Assembly: GCA_002633005.1 (NCBI GenBank)
Contig: NMRA01000468.1
Coordinates: 186,001 to 250,000 of the forward strand
Reading direction: 5' to 3'
DNA: 64,000 nucleotides
Origin: Phoronis australis
Lineage: Eukaryota > Animalia > Phoronida
The position numbers and the translations under genes are program-made. Numbering within the stretch: position 1 is the first letter of the stretch; each line of letters opens with the position of its first letter. Below, piece after piece: positions 62,202 to 64,000 of this stretch. The notes below the pieces were generated by a model. That model was not told the DNA's origin. It saw only the letters and a program-made list of their open reading frames with translations, and made no database searches.

Positions 62202-64000
62202 TCAGGCACATTTTATCCGACCATTACCACAAAAAAATAGAAACTTGAGAGGGAATTAGCACTGGTTAGTTTTGGAATTATTCATTGAAATAGGTGGGAG
62301 AATACGCTCCTACTGAATCACACAGCGATACTTTAATCTCATGCAATTTGTCCACAATACTGTAATATCTGTCAAGCACTTTTAAAGTTCCTCGTTTTCG
62401 CAAAATTGGAATCACTCATGTTTTTTGTAGGTGTTTTGATTTTTACAAGTTCTTTTGGATTGCATTACAGTATTTTACTTTACAGTACCAGCAAAGTTTA
62501 CCGCCATGTTGCAGGCTACAACTCTGCTGGTGGAAAGTTGGATAACCCTCATACGTATTCATGGATACACAATGTTTACCCCCCCCCCCCCCCCACCATC
62601 TCTGGACTCGGCCAAATAGTTCCAAAACAAGAAAAATGAGAGTTCTATGTGAGACCGTCATATTGTTTACTGAACTTGAATACATTTCTCAGTTATGTAT
62701 TAATTAGAGTACAATTTAACAACGCCAACTGGTGTTTCATCCAGAGAACTAGCAGTAGCTTCAAAAGAGTAGCCAGTGGAGAAGGTAAGGGAGTCGTGAT
62801 GTAGTCCTCACAGACTGGAGTTACGCTAGTGGGAGAGTGACGTAAGAAAAATTTTATGGATATTCTACAAAGAGTTTTTAAACCAGATGAGTGTTTTACC
62901 ACATTTCAAAGTCCACAGTGTTCAATCACCCGCATAATGAATATGTCATAAGGTGAAATCAATAGCTGTAAACTAGTTGTAAAAGTATTAACCTACTTTC
63001 AAAGAGACAATGTATGTATCATGGTTTTTCCCACCCAAGGGACAACTATCATGGTTATTGGTAGACTGTCACTCACTTACATTAGATGCTCCAGATGTTT
63101 GAATACATTCTCTTAAGCTAAATATCAAGTCAGTGTTTTCCACGGCCTTTTCCAACGCGTCATAACGATGCCTCTGAAAGCATTTGCGACACGTTTTAAT
63201 GGCACGTGACCTGTTAGAAAAAAAAGCGGCTAAACATTACACACGTAATGGGCTGGTCACGCGCTGCTTGAAATGTGTATGCTTTCACCATATTTGTACA
63301 CGAGTATAGTATTAGAATGCACGAGTGTTAAAAGAATCATTTCATATTTCCTTCCAAGGCTCTGCTGAAATTGATTACGGCACTTCAGAAGTGTCCGTAA
63401 AGGTGTCCTAACGTCAAAAAGGAACACGTTCCCCTTTAAATTAGAATTGGAATCAGAATTACAAACTAGTACATTAGGTAACTAGGCAAGTAAATGTGCA
63501 ATTAAGATCATGCAACTGCAACTGCACTTGCACTACTGACAATGCGCATTTGCACAGCTGAGAACATGCATTTGCACCATGGAGGACATCAGTTTCTGCA
63601 ACAGATCTCAGATGCAGAAGACCGAAAGTCTATTTGCAAGTATTACAGGAATGGCTATCATAGCACATTTTGTAGATTCTATAGTTCAAACCTACTGAAA
63701 GACAACAAGAAGACACCACTGTATTAAAAAACTGAACAAACTCAGAGTTGTCTTTGTGACTCATAGTTTAGGACATGAAAGAGGCCAGCTGTGTCCTGTG
63801 TAGGTGTTTGATAACCCATTAACAAAGAACCATTGATATACACCTGAACCACACTGGGGTGTCACATGACTGATCCAATTTTGTAAAGGGTAACAGCCTC
63901 TAAGTGGAGCAGGCCAACTGTGAGCCTGACATTTAGAGCCAGCTTGTCCATCTGGATTCACATACCAGGGAGTTTGGAAACCAAACACTGTCAGCCACAG

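Overview
Eukaryotic (animal) genomic DNA, AT-rich and intron-rich, most likely from an invertebrate bilaterian (inferred from the gene families and repeat types). Almost all entries in the supplied ORF track are spurious or are exon fragments. Two spliced genes lie on the minus strand. (1) An NCAM/Fasciclin II/apCAM-family adhesion molecule. I joined 19 GT-AG exons from 43752 down to 9209 into one open frame of about 897 codons: 5 Ig domains, 2 FN3 domains, a TM segment with the NCAM motif DVTCYFRNQCGLLMCI, and an acidic tail ending in the PDZ ligand -TAL. The signal-peptide exon was not found and probably lies beyond 64000. The 13.8-kb intron between FN3-2 and the TM exon holds a cassette of alternative exons: a GPI-anchor terminal exon, two in-frame microexons (27 and 24 nt), a Thr-rich mucin-like ORF and possible stop-containing exons. 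(2) The first three coding exons (tandem WW domains) of a PLEKHA5/6/7 (kramer)-like gene at 4343-2562, continuing out of the window. Introns contain two Helentron-type non-autonomous elements (HINE/DINE-1/pearl-like) whose ~145-bp internal repeats each carry a CTCF-consensus motif. They also contain a MITE family with a 6-bp TSD, small hairpin MITEs, and several minisatellites next to splice sites. All calls come from manual reading; no database searches were run.
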